In this document: positions 1 through 9,053 of the stretch, one piece after another
How the letters are laid out: each line of letters opens with the position of its first letter
Numbering within the stretch: position 1 is the stretch's first letter
Assembly: GCA_031399805.1 (NCBI GenBank)
Contig: JANNPG010000523.1
Location: forward strand, 1-43,489
Length of the DNA stretch: 43,489 nt
Source of the DNA: Betaproteobacteria bacterium
GTDB taxonomy: Bacteria; Pseudomonadota; Gammaproteobacteria; Burkholderiales; SG8-41
Reading direction: 5' to 3'
Notes under the pieces: model-generated
Seen by the model: only the letters and a program-made list of their open reading frames with translations
The model's database searches: none
What the model was told of the DNA's origin: nothing
Made by a program: the position numbers and the translations under genes

Positions 1-38
1 CCCTATCCGTGAGTGCCATGTTCTATATCGCCCGTGTT

Positions 39-68
39 TTTATCGGCGTTAATCGGCGTTCATCTGCG
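39..68. repeat. Three tandem 10-mers TTNATCGGCG (tttatcggcg / ttaatcggcg / ttcatctgcg). This is one arm of an intergenic repeat element cut by the window edge.
   Basis: Direct reading. The same 10-mer unit recurs in the same orientation at 28502-28532 and inverted at 28351-28380. The array ends about 35 nt before the thiL ATG. Confidence 0.6.
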
Positions 69-103
69 GCTAAAAAGATTTTGGGTTTTCCCGACCGGGT
101 TTG

Positions 104-1072
104 ATGACCTCCGAATTCGAGCTGATCCGGCGTTATTTCACCCACCGCGCGCGGCACGCGGTGCTCGGTGTCGGCGACGATGCCGCGCTCGTCACGGTGC
201 GCCGCGGCTGCGACCTCGTCGTGTCGGCCGATATGCTGGTGGCCGGCCGGCATTTTCTGCGCACGGCCGACCCGCGTGAGCTCGGCCACAAATCGCTTGC
301 AGTCAATCTCTCGGATATGGCGGCGATGGGCGCAACCCCGCGCTGGGCGACGCTAGCACTCGCGTTGCCGGCGGCGGATGCGCGCTGGGTGAAGGCGTTT
401 TCGCGCGGCTTCATGGCGCTCGCGCGGCGATTCGACGTCGATCTGATCGGCGGCGATACCACGCGCGGGCCACTGAACATCTGCGTGCAGATCATGGGTG
501 AGGTAGCGCACGGCAAGGCGTTGCGGCGTGATCGCGCGCGCAGCGGCGACGACATCTGGGTGTCGGGCACGCTGGGTGACGCGGCACTCGCACTTGCAGC
601 ACTCAAGCGGCGGATCCGGCTTGCGCCGGCCGAGCTGGCGCGTTGCGCGTTGCGCTTGCACCGGCCGCAGCCGCGCGTCGCGCTGGGCCTCGCGTTGCGG
701 GGGGTCGCGCACAGCGCGATCGATATCTCGGACGGTCTGCTGGCGGATCTCGGTCATATTCTCGAGCGTTCGGATGTCGCAGCCGAGATCGGGTTCGCGG
801 CATTGCCGGCGTCGACCGTTTTGCAGCGCTATCTCGATCGCGTTGTCGCCTGCCGTGCGCTCCTCGCAGGCGGTGACGATTACGAACTGTGTTTTACCGC
901 GCCGCGCGCGGCGCGCGAGCGTATCCTGCGCATCGGCCGCCGCCTCGGTGTACGCGTAACCCCCATCGGGCGCGTGCGCGCGCGTGAGCGCGGCGCGCCG
1001 CGGCTGATCGTGCGCGCGCCCGACGGTGCGGCGCTGCGCGTGGTGCGCGGAGGTTACGATCATTTTGCCTGA
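104..1072 (+). CDS. thiL: Thiamine-monophosphate kinase
   Basis: The N-terminus '[10 protein letters not shown]...[10 protein letters not shown]' and the 'GGDDYEL' motif are typical of the ThiL/AIR-synthase-related fold. The thiL-pgpA order is conserved. The ORF opens at TTG 101; ATG 104 is taken as the start. Confidence 0.9.
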   Translation: MTSEFELIRRYFTHRARHAVLGVGDDAALVTVRRGCDLVVSADMLVAGRHFLRTADPRELGHKSLAVNLSDMAAMGATPRWATLALALPAADARWVKAFSRGFMALARRFDVDLIGGDTTRGPLNICVQIMGEVAHGKALRRDRARSGDDIWVSGTLGDAALALAALKRRIRLAPAELARCALRLHRPQPRVALGLALRGVAHSAIDISDGLLADLGHILERSDVAAEIGFAALPASTVLQRYLDRVVACRALLAGGDDYELCFTAPRAARERILRIGRRLGVRVTPIGRVRARERGAPRLIVRAPDGAALRVVRGGYDHFA

Positions 1073-1100
1073 CGGTGCGCCGCGGCCGACTTGGCGTTTT

Positions 1101-1559
1101 ATGCTGCGTCATCCGGCGCACGTCATCGCGTTAGGCGCGGGCGCGGGATTGGTGCCGGTGGCGCCGGGGACCGCCGGCACGTTGCTGGCGTTTCCCATCT
1201 ACTGGGCGCTCGCGTCCTGGTATACAGAGCCGACCGTGCTCGCGTTGATCGCGCTGGGATTTGTGCTCGGCGTGTGGGCATGCGGGACCACGGGGCGCGC
1301 GCTCGGCGTTGCCGATGATGGCGCCATGGTGTGGGACGAAATCGTGGCGTTTGCACTGGTGCTCGTCTTCGCGCCGGGCGGATGGGTGTGGCAGGCGGGC
1401 GCGTTCCTGCTGTTCCGGCTTTTTGATATCCTGAAGCCGCCGCCGATCCGCTATTTCGACCGCACGCTGAAAAGCGGCTTCGGCGTGATGTTCGACGATC
1501 TGCTGGCTGCGGGCTACACTTTGCTTTTCCTGGCTGTATTCAAGCTGATATTTGGATAA
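1101..1559 (+). CDS. pgpA: Phosphatidylglycerophosphatase A
   Basis: 'HPAHVIALGAGAGL..PGTAGTL', 'VWDEIVAF' and 'FRLFDILKPPPI' match PgpA family signatures. The ATG is at 1101, inside the longer track ORF 1026..1559. Confidence 0.88.
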   Translation: MLRHPAHVIALGAGAGLVPVAPGTAGTLLAFPIYWALASWYTEPTVLALIALGFVLGVWACGTTGRALGVADDGAMVWDEIVAFALVLVFAPGGWVWQAGAFLLFRLFDILKPPPIRYFDRTLKSGFGVMFDDLLAAGYTLLFLAVFKLIFG

Positions 1560-1603
1560 AGAATGACTGACAGCCCCGCTTATCAGCATAAGTCCGCGTC
1601 TGA

Positions 1604-1801
1604 GACCAGTCCTATGCCGCAATCGGGTACAGCACGTTGCTCAAGAAGGCAATGGACTCGATTGCCGCCACGTTCCGCAAACGCAGTGCCGCCGCCTAAT
1701 TGCCAAGCCGCGGCCGCGTGCTGCCGGAACTCGCCAAGCAGGCGACCGCGACTTCCGACTTCGAGCTGGTGACCTGGCTTGTTGTCCACGCGCCGGATTG
1801 A
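1604..1801 (+). pseudogene. Possible gene remnant: a protein-like reading frame with no start codon and an in-frame TAA at 1697
   Basis: The frame reads 'DQSYAAIGYSTLLKKAMDSIAATFRKRSAAA*LPSRGRVLPELAKQATATSDFELVTWLVVHAPD*'. Its composition is unlike the Arg/Pro/Ala-rich shadow ORFs nearby. No family was recognised. Confidence 0.2.
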
Positions 1802-1827
1802 CCGCAACCCATATTTATGGGTATGAT
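1798..1827 (+). promoter_or_regulatory. Sigma70-like promoter for vapBC (TTGACC, 18-nt spacer, TATGAT)
   Basis: The -35 TTGACC is at 1798-1803 and the -10 TATGAT at 1822-1827, 32 nt upstream of the vapB ATG. A GTTAAC-centred partial palindrome follows. Confidence 0.4.
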
Positions 1828-1858
1828 GGTTCATTTAGTTAACCTAGCCCGGTGATCC

Positions 1859-2131
1859 ATGAAAACCACCCTGGAAATGCCTAATGAACTGTTTCGCCGC
1901 GCCAAGGCGACGGCGGCGCAGCGGGGGCAATCATTGAAGCAATTGGTTACTGTCGCGCTCGAGCGCGAACTAGCGGCGCCTGCGCCCGGGACCAAGACCT
2001 CCAAACGCAAGCGGGCCGAAGTCGAGGCATCCCTGCGCGAACTCGAAAGGATAACCAAAGCGATCAGCGCAGTCTGGCCCAAGGGCGTCAGCGCCGTCGA
2101 AGCGATTCGCGAGCAGCGGCGCGATCTGTGA
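1859..2131 (+). CDS. vapB: Type II antitoxin, ribbon-helix-helix / VapB-like
   Basis: 90 aa. The N-terminus 'TTLEMPNELFRRAKATAAQRGQSLKQLV' is RHH-like. Its stop overlaps the start of the downstream PIN gene (GTGA). Confidence 0.8.
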   Translation: MKTTLEMPNELFRRAKATAAQRGQSLKQLVTVALERELAAPAPGTKTSKRKRAEVEASLRELERITKAISAVWPKGVSAVEAIREQRRDL

Positions 2132-2568
2132 TCGTCGCCGATGCTTCATTCTGGGTAGCCGCCTTTCTCGCGCAGGACGCGCATCACGACCAGTCCGCAC
2201 GGTTGTTGCGACGGATGGTCACCGATGACATCCCGGTAGCCTCGCCAACGCTTGCGTTGGTGGAAGTGGCGGGTGCCCTCGCGCGCCGGACCGGCAGCCA
2301 ACCGCTCGCCGAGTCAGCGATTCGATACCTTCAGGGGCAGCCGTGGCTGACGCTGTTGCCGCTTTCCATTGCCTTTTCGGAGACCGCCGCCCGTGTCGCC
2401 CTCACGTGCTCCCTGCGCGGCGCCGATGCCGTCTATGTCGCGCTTGCGCGCCAGGAAAGCGCTCTTCTAATTACGCTTGACGATGAGATTCTGAAACGCG
2501 GTGTGCCGGCAATCTTGGCGATGACGCCGGGCGACTGGCTGCTTCAGAACCCCAGTGACCGCACATGA
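2128..2568 (+). CDS. vapC: PIN-domain ribonuclease toxin VapC
   Basis: 146 aa with the conserved acidic residues ('VADAS', 'LVEVAG', 'GADAVY', 'TLDDE'). The GTG start has a 4-nt overlap with vapB. Confidence 0.85.
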   Translation: MIVADASFWVAAFLAQDAHHDQSARLLRRMVTDDIPVASPTLALVEVAGALARRTGSQPLAESAIRYLQGQPWLTLLPLSIAFSETAARVALTCSLRGADAVYVALARQESALLITLDDEILKRGVPAILAMTPGDWLLQNPSDRT

Positions 2569-2741
2569 GTGACGCCGAATCGAAGCGCGCAATCGAGCAG
2601 GCGCTGCGGGCGTTCGCCGTTCACCCGCTCAAGGCCGCTGCGACCGGGTTGTTCAATGCCCTCGGCTACGCCAGCAAGAAAACCCTCGAAGAAATAGCTG
2701 AAACGCCGCAATCACGCTCGGCGAAAGAAAGTCATGTCTGA
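2565..2741 (+). CDS. 58-aa ORF absent from the track. It may be the N-terminal remnant of a larger gene, or it may be translated as a coupling ORF.
   Basis: ATG 2565 overlaps the vapC stop (ATGA). Its TGA at 2739-2741 overlaps the pncC ATG at 2734 (ATGTCTGA). It encodes 'MSDAESKRAIEQALRAFAVHPLKAAATGLFNALGYASKKTLEEIAETPQSRSAKESHV'. Confidence 0.35.
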   Translation: MSDAESKRAIEQALRAFAVHPLKAAATGLFNALGYASKKTLEEIAETPQSRSAKESHV

Positions 2742-3228
2742 CAAAAAACTGTATCAACTGGCGCAACAGGTCGGGGTGGCGCTCAAGGCGCGCGCACTGA
2801 CGCTCGCGACCGCCGAATCCTGCACTGGCGGCTGGATCGGCGAAGCGGTGACCATGGTGCCCGGCAGTTCGGCGTGGTACGAGCGCGGGTTCATCACCTA
2901 TACCAACGTGGCGAAACACGAAATGCTCGGCGTCGTGCTCGCCACGCTGGATGAATTCGGCGCGGTTTCGGAGCAGACCGTACGAGCGATGGCGGCCGGT
3001 GCGCTTGCCAACAGTCGCGCGCAGGTTGCGGTTGCGGTGAGCGGGGTCGCCGGTCCGTCGGGCGGCACGCCGGGTAAGCCGGTCGGCACGGTATGTCTTG
3101 CGTGGGCGCGCGGTGACGGCGAACCCATCGCGGAGACGCGGCATTTTGCGGGCGATCGCGAGGCGGTGCGCAAACAGTCGGTCGAGCGCGCTCTCGCCGG
3201 CGTGCTTGAACTAGTACTAAAGTCATAG
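2734..3228 (+). CDS. pncC: Nicotinamide-nucleotide amidohydrolase (CinA C-terminal domain protein)
   Basis: 'LATAESCTGGWIGEAVTMVPGSS..GFITYTN..K' is the CinA/PncC signature. The position immediately upstream of recA is conserved. Confidence 0.9.
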   Translation: MSDKKLYQLAQQVGVALKARALTLATAESCTGGWIGEAVTMVPGSSAWYERGFITYTNVAKHEMLGVVLATLDEFGAVSEQTVRAMAAGALANSRAQVAVAVSGVAGPSGGTPGKPVGTVCLAWARGDGEPIAETRHFAGDREAVRKQSVERALAGVLELVLKS

Positions 3229-3388
3229 CCGTCATCCGGCGCGTTTCCCACCGCGTTATTCGCCTCACAGGGAGCGAGAGGCAGGCGGCAACCGCCGCGT
3301 GCGCCTCGCTCACAGCGGGGAAGCTCCGGCGGGCATGCAGACAGCCTGAGAGCTTCCATCAGAGTGTGCGATAATTCGGGAGGCTCAA

Positions 3389-4432
3389 ATGGGACAAATC
3401 ATGGACGAAAACAAGGCAAAAGCACTCGCGGCAGCTCTGTCGCAAATCGAAAAGCAGTTCGGCAAAGGCTCCATCATGCGGCTGGGTGAGGCGGATGTCG
3501 CAAAGGACATTGAAGCGGTCTCGACCGGCTCGCTCGGGCTCGATATCGCGCTGGGCATCGGCGGTTTTCCGCGCGGCCGCGTGATCGAAATCTACGGCCC
3601 CGAATCTTCGGGAAAAACGACGCTGACGCTGTCGTTGATCGCGCAGATGCAGAAAGTGGGCGGCACCGCGGCGTTCATCGATGCCGAGCACGCGCTTGAC
3701 CCGCAATACGCGCAGAAGCTCGGCGTCAACGTCCAGGACCTTTTGATTTCGCAGCCGGACAACGGCGAGCAGGCGCTCGAAATCGCCGACATGCTGGTGC
3801 GTTCGGCTTCGGTCGACGTGGTGGTGATCGACTCGGTGGCGGCGCTGACGCCGAAGGCCGAAATCGAGGGCGAAATGGGCGAGCCGCAGATGGGATTGCA
3901 GGCGCGCCTGATGTCGCAGGCGCTGCGCAAACTCACGGGCAACATCAAGCGCTCCAACACGATGGTGATATTCATCAACCAGATCCGCATGAAGATCGGC
4001 GTCATGTTCGGCAATCCCGAGACGACGACCGGCGGCAACGCGTTGAAGTTCTACGCCTCGGTGCGCATCGACATTCGCCGCACCGGCGCCATCAAGAAGG
4101 GTGACGAAGTCATCGGCTCGGAAACACGCGCCAAAGTGGTCAAGAACAAGGTCGCGCCGCCGTTCCGGGTGGCGGATTTCGATATTCTCTACGGCGAAGG
4201 CATTTCGCGCGAGGGCGAAATCATCGAACTGGGCGTGCTGCACAAGATCGTCGACAAATCGGGCGCGTGGTACACCTACGGCAAGGAGCGCATCGGCCAG
4301 GGCAAGGACAATACGCGCGATTACCTCAAAGAACATCCCGATATGGCGCAGGAAATCGAAGCGAAGATCCGCGCCGCGATAGGCGTCGGTGGCGGACCCA
4401 AGCTCGCCGAACCCGCGGTCGCGGCAAAGTAG
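3389..4432 (+). CDS. recA: Recombinase A
   Basis: Walker A '[12 protein letters not shown]', plus '[19 protein letters not shown]' and '[32 protein letters not shown]'. A GGGAGG Shine-Dalgarno lies 5 nt before ATG 3389. Confidence 0.98.
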   Translation: MGQIMDENKAKALAAALSQIEKQFGKGSIMRLGEADVAKDIEAVSTGSLGLDIALGIGGFPRGRVIEIYGPESSGKTTLTLSLIAQMQKVGGTAAFIDAEHALDPQYAQKLGVNVQDLLISQPDNGEQALEIADMLVRSASVDVVVIDSVAALTPKAEIEGEMGEPQMGLQARLMSQALRKLTGNIKRSNTMVIFINQIRMKIGVMFGNPETTTGGNALKFYASVRIDIRRTGAIKKGDEVIGSETRAKVVKNKVAPPFRVADFDILYGEGISREGEIIELGVLHKIVDKSGAWYTYGKERIGQGKDNTRDYLKEHPDMAQEIEAKIRAAIGVGGGPKLAEPAVAAK

Positions 4433-4877
4433 ACCCGCGCGCAGCCTGCGTTCGCGGGCGCTCGCACTGCTCGCGCGGCGCGAGTATTCGCGGCACGAGC
4501 TCGCGAAGAGGCTTGCCCCGTTCACCGAGAACCCCGCGGAAATACCCGAGCTGCTCGATGACTTCGAGCGCAGCGGGTGGCTGTCGGAGGCGCGCGTGGT
4601 CGAGCAGGTCGTTGCTTCGCGGCGCCGTCGGTTCGGCGCGAGCCGCATTTCGTTCGAACTGCGCGAGAAGGGCATATCGGAGTCGGCGATCGCCGGCGCG
4701 CAAGCGCAGCTGAAGGAAAGTGAGCTCGACGCCGCGCGCGCCGTGTGGCAACGTAAATTTGGCAAGCGGGCGGGCAGCGCCGCCGAACGCGCGCGCCAGA
4801 TCAGGTTTTTGCAGGGCCGCGGGTTTGCGCTTGAAACGGCGCTGCGGATTATTAAACATGCGGGGGATGACGATTAA
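4389..4877 (+). CDS. recX: RecA regulator RecX
   Basis: '[22 protein letters not shown]' and the repeated helical motifs are RecX-like, and the gene follows recA. The only plausible start is GTG 4389, 44 nt inside recA. There is no in-frame ATG. Confidence 0.85.
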   Translation: MADPSSPNPRSRQSRPARSLRSRALALLARREYSRHELAKRLAPFTENPAEIPELLDDFERSGWLSEARVVEQVVASRRRRFGASRISFELREKGISESAIAGAQAQLKESELDAARAVWQRKFGKRAGSAAERARQIRFLQGRGFALETALRIIKHAGDDD

Positions 4878-5028
4878 TAGGCCATACGCTTATACGGCGG
4901 CCGCGGTGCTGGTGGCGGCAATTCGTGCGGGTTGCGATTATCTGCCGTTCGGCTATACGCCGATCAGGGAAATCAAGCGCCTGCGCGTAGCGCACACGGG
5001 ATACGTATAGAGAAACCAGGGCCGAACC

Positions 5029-7644
5029 ATGAATAGCAGCGAAATCCGCCAGCAGTTTCTCGATTACTTCAAAAGCAAGGGGCACGCCATCGTTGCCTCC
5101 AGCCCGCTCGTGCCGGGCAACGATCCGACGCTGCTCTTCACCAATTCCGGCATGGTCCAGTTCAAAGACGTTTTTCTCGGCCACGAGCAGCGCGCCTACA
5201 AACGCGCCACCACTTCGCAGCGCTGTGTGCGCGCCGGCGGCAAGCATAATGATCTGGAAAATGTCGGCTATACCGCGCGCCACCACACTTTTTTCGAGAT
5301 GCTCGGCAATTTTTCGTTCGGCGATTACTTCAAGCACGATGCGATTCACTACGCGTGGGAATTGCTGACCGATGTCTACAAGCTGCCCAAGGACAAGTTG
5401 TGGGTTACGGTCTACGCGACCGACGACGAGGCCTACAACCTGTGGGCCAACGAGATCCGTGTCCCGCGCGACCGCATTACGCGCATCGGCGACAAGCCGG
5501 GCGGCGGCTCGGACAACTTCTGGCAGATGGGCGAAACCGGCCCCTGCGGTCCGTGCAGCGAAATTTTCTACGATCACGGCCCCGACGTCGCCGGCGGTCC
5601 GCCGGGCACGCCGGAGGCCGACGGCGACCGCTATATCGAAATCTGGAATCTCGTGTTCATGCAGTTCGATCGACAAAAAAACGGCGACGATTACGTATTG
5701 CATCCGCTGCCCAAACCGTCGGTCGATACCGGCATGGGCCTGGAGCGCATGGCCGCGGTGCTGCAAAACGTGCATTCGAACTACGAGATCGATCTGTTTC
5801 AGGATTTGATCAAGGCGGCGGCGCGCGAAACGCAGTGCAAAGACCGGCACAACAATTCGTTGAAGGTGATCGCCGATCATATCCGCGCATGCGCGTTCCT
5901 GATCGTCGACGGCGTGATTCCCGGCAATGAAGGCCGCGGCTACGTGCTGCGGCGCATCGTGCGCCGCGCGATCCGTCACGGCTACAAGCTAACGCAAAAG
6001 CAACCGTTCTTTTTCAAGCTCGTACCCGATCTCGTCAAGGCGATGGGCGCGGCGTACCCAGAACTGGCCGCCGCACGCGAGCGCGTCGCGCAGGTGCTGA
6101 AACAGGAAGAAGAGCGTTTCGCCGAGACTCTGGAAAACGGCATGGTGGTGCTTGAAAGTGCATTGCAGTCCGAAGACAAAATGCTCGACGGCGACACGGT
6201 GTTCCGGCTTTACGATACCTTCGGTTTCCCGCTCGATCTCACCGCCGACATCGCGCGCGAACGCAATATCACCGTCGATTTCGCCGGGTTCGAAGCCGCG
6301 ATGGGCCAGCAGCGCGAACGCGCGCGCGCGGCGTCCAAGTTCGGCACCCAGAGCGCAGTCGAATACAGGGGACAGAAAACCGAATTCCACGGCTACGACA
6401 CGCTGACGCTGGCCGGCAAGGTGATCGCGATCTACAAGGGCGGGAGTGCTGTGCCCGCGATTGAGGCCGGCGACAGTGCGGTGATCGTACTCGACAGAAC
6501 GCCTTTCTATGCCGAATCCGGCGGGCAGGTTGGCGATCGGGGACAGTTCGTGTCGAGCCGCGGAACTTTTCACGTAGCCGACACGCAGAAAATTCAATCC
6601 GAGGTCTACGGCCACCATGGCGTGTTGCACACCGGCACGCTCGCCGTCGGCGACACGGTCGAAGCGAAAGTCGATACGGCGGCGCGGTCGCGCGCGGCGT
6701 ACAATCATTCGGCGACGCATCTGATGCACGCGGCGCTGCGCAAGGTGCTCGGGCCGCATGTGCAGCAAAAAGGCTCGCTCGTGGACCCGGACCGCACACG
6801 CTTTGACTATTCGCACAACGAGCCCCTGACCGAGCAGCAGATTCGCGAGATCGAACAGCTCGTCAACCAGGAAATCCGCCGCAACGAGGTGGTCGAGGCG
6901 CGCATCATGAAATATGACGACGCGATCAAGACCGGCGCGATGGCGCTGTTCGGCGAAAAGTACGGCGATGAAGTTCGCGTGCTGAGCATGGGGGATTTTT
7001 CGACCGAGTTATGCGGCGGCACGCACGTCAGCCGCACCGGGGACATCGGGTTCTTCAAGGTGGTATCGGAGTCCGGCATTGCCGCCGGCGTGCGCCGCAT
7101 CGAAGCCGTGACGGCCGAGGGCGCATTGTCGTGGGTGCAGCAGCAGGAAGCGTGCCTGCAGCAGGCAGCAGATGCATTGAAAGCGCCGGTGCAGGAGGTG
7201 ACGCAGAAGATCGGCCAGATCGTCGAGAACGTGAAGAGCCTCGAGAAAGAACTCGCGCGCCTCAAATCCAAACTCGCGTCGTCGCAGGGCGACGACGTGG
7301 CCGCGCAGGCGGTGGAGATCAAAGGTGCGAAAGTGCTGGCGGCGGTGATAGACGGCGCCGACTCGAAAGCGCTGCGCGAAGCGATGGATAAACTCAAGGA
7401 CAAGTTGAAGTCGTGCGCGGTGGTGCTGGCGGCGGTCGAGGGCGGCAAAGTCACGCTGATCGCCGGCGTCAGCGCGGACCTGACGGCGAAAGTCAAGGCC
7501 GGCGAACTCGTCAATTTCGTCGCGCAGCAAGTCGGCGGCAAGGGCGGCGGCCGGCAAGATATGGCTCAAGCGGGCGGGACTGATCCTTCGAAGTTGCCGC
7601 AGGCGCTCGCATCAGTCGGGGCGTGGGTGGCGGAGCGCCTGTAA
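5029..7644 (+). CDS. alaS: Alanine--tRNA ligase
   Basis: 871 aa. '[10 protein letters not shown]' and '[18 protein letters not shown]' are present, together with the editing-domain 'HSATHLMH' and the C-terminal '[15 protein letters not shown]'. Confidence 0.98.
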   Translation: MNSSEIRQQFLDYFKSKGHAIVASSPLVPGNDPTLLFTNSGMVQFKDVFLGHEQRAYKRATTSQRCVRAGGKHNDLENVGYTARHHTFFEMLGNFSFGDYFKHDAIHYAWELLTDVYKLPKDKLWVTVYATDDEAYNLWANEIRVPRDRITRIGDKPGGGSDNFWQMGETGPCGPCSEIFYDHGPDVAGGPPGTPEADGDRYIEIWNLVFMQFDRQKNGDDYVLHPLPKPSVDTGMGLERMAAVLQNVHSNYEIDLFQDLIKAAARETQCKDRHNNSLKVIADHIRACAFLIVDGVIPGNEGRGYVLRRIVRRAIRHGYKLTQKQPFFFKLVPDLVKAMGAAYPELAAARERVAQVLKQEEERFAETLENGMVVLESALQSEDKMLDGDTVFRLYDTFGFPLDLTADIARERNITVDFAGFEAAMGQQRERARAASKFGTQSAVEYRGQKTEFHGYDTLTLAGKVIAIYKGGSAVPAIEAGDSAVIVLDRTPFYAESGGQVGDRGQFVSSRGTFHVADTQKIQSEVYGHHGVLHTGTLAVGDTVEAKVDTAARSRAAYNHSATHLMHAALRKVLGPHVQQKGSLVDPDRTRFDYSHNEPLTEQQIREIEQLVNQEIRRNEVVEARIMKYDDAIKTGAMALFGEKYGDEVRVLSMGDFSTELCGGTHVSRTGDIGFFKVVSESGIAAGVRRIEAVTAEGALSWVQQQEACLQQAADALKAPVQEVTQKIGQIVENVKSLEKELARLKSKLASSQGDDVAAQAVEIKGAKVLAAVIDGADSKALREAMDKLKDKLKSCAVVLAAVEGGKVTLIAGVSADLTAKVKAGELVNFVAQQVGGKGGGRQDMAQAGGTDPSKLPQALASVGAWVAERL

Positions 7645-7731
7645 GGGGTCGTGATCGGCTTAGCCGGAGTATGTTCGCTATCGACCCGTTGCAGACATAG
7701 CCAATGCTCCGCAGTGGTCATTCACTCAAGA

Positions 7732-8724
7732 TTATTCGATCACCCGAGTCGCCTGCACCAGAATTGAGTTGGAAATCTCCAGGCCGAGCGCCTTGGCGGT
7801 TTTGCCATTGATGAAAAGCTCGAACTTCGTGGGTTGCTCGACTGGCAGATCGCCGGGCTTGGCGCCCTTTAGGATTTTGTCCACGTGGGTTGCGCTACGG
7901 CGGAATTGGTCACTGAGATTCGTTCCATAGCTGATCAGGCCGCCTGCCTCCACATGTTCCCGAATCCCCGCGACCGACGGCAGCCGATTTTTCGCTGCCA
8001 ATTCCGCGATCTGATGCGCTTGCTGGTTAAATAACCCATCACGTCCCACGATCACGGCACCGGCGAGTTCTAACGATGTCACGGAAAACGCGCGCTCGAT
8101 CTCCTGGGTAGTCTGCGCCTTTACAGGCACGATCTTGATGTTGACCTTGGGCGCCGCGGCCTGAATGTTCTTCAGAAGGGTCGCATGGCCCGAGTTGGAC
8201 GGATTCACCAGGACAGCTACGCGAGACAGCGTCGGCACCATGCTGAGCAACATTTCCAAGTGCTTGGGACCGATGTCGCCAGCAAGGTTTGATAGCCCCG
8301 TAGTGTTGCCGCCGGGATGCGCGAGGCTTTTGACGAACCCGCTGGCGACCGGATCGGTGATGCCCACCATGACGATGGGGATCGTGGCGGTTGCTTTCTG
8401 CGCCGCGGCTGTTGCGGGCGTGCCTCCTGCTACGATGACGTCCACTTTGAGATTTGCCAACTCCGTCGCCAACCTCGGCAGGCGCTGGGATTCGCCGTCG
8501 GCGGAGCGCCATTCAATCAGCAGGTTCTTGCCCTCAACATAGCCGAGCTCGCGCATGCCTCCCCGGAACGGCCCGTATTGATAGTCGGATTCGAGAATAG
8601 CCACACGACGCAGTGCCAGGAACCCGACGCGCCAGATTTTGCCCTGTTGTTGCGCGAAGGAAGAGAACGGAACTGTGAGCCCGCCCGCACCAAGTGCGAT
8701 GACCAGTTTGCGGCGATTGTTCAT
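7732..8724 (-). CDS. Periplasmic ABC-type substrate-binding protein (ABC_sub_bind / PF04392-like), orphan
   Basis: Signal peptide 'MNNRRKLVIALGAGGLTVPFSSFAQQ', then 'RVGFL...GYVEGKN..IEWR...VDVIVAGGTPATAAA'. A GGGAAGGGAAG Shine-Dalgarno precedes ATG 8724. No permease or ATPase gene is adjacent. Confidence 0.8.
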   Translation of the reverse strand: MNNRRKLVIALGAGGLTVPFSSFAQQQGKIWRVGFLALRRVAILESDYQYGPFRGGMRELGYVEGKNLLIEWRSADGESQRLPRLATELANLKVDVIVAGGTPATAAAQKATATIPIVMVGITDPVASGFVKSLAHPGGNTTGLSNLAGDIGPKHLEMLLSMVPTLSRVAVLVNPSNSGHATLLKNIQAAAPKVNIKIVPVKAQTTQEIERAFSVTSLELAGAVIVGRDGLFNQQAHQIAELAAKNRLPSVAGIREHVEAGGLISYGTNLSDQFRRSATHVDKILKGAKPGDLPVEQPTKFELFINGKTAKALGLEISNSILVQATRVIE

Positions 8725-8920
8725 CTTCCCTTCCCTGACAATCTGCACGCCTATTATGCGCGCATATGCCAAGGGCAGGAGACGGGCGACATTTTAGTGG
8801 CAGGCAGTTGCAGGGCGTCGATCAAACGTCATTTTGAAAGAATAGCGACTGTATTATGGAAGGTCTGATTAAGTTCGTCACACCGGCGCAATCTGGTGTC
8901 CAGGTGATCGAATGCACTGG

Positions 8921-8940
8921 ATTCCGGCGTGCGCCGGAAT
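8921..8940. repeat. REP-like GC hairpin ATTCCGGC-gtgc-GCCGGAAT followed by GACGA
   Basis: Perfect 8-bp stem. From memory, the sequence type 'CTGGATTCCGGCGTGCGCCGGAATGACG' is a widespread intergenic hairpin repeat in proteobacteria. Only one copy is present in this window. Confidence 0.5.
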
Positions 8941-9053
8941 GACGAATTTAGACTTGTACAGGATTTCATTAGTTACGGCGTCAGCACCACAACCCCAACC
9001 GAAGCACCGATGTTGAGGCCCGAAACCACGCCGGAGGTCCTGAATCAGCGCCT

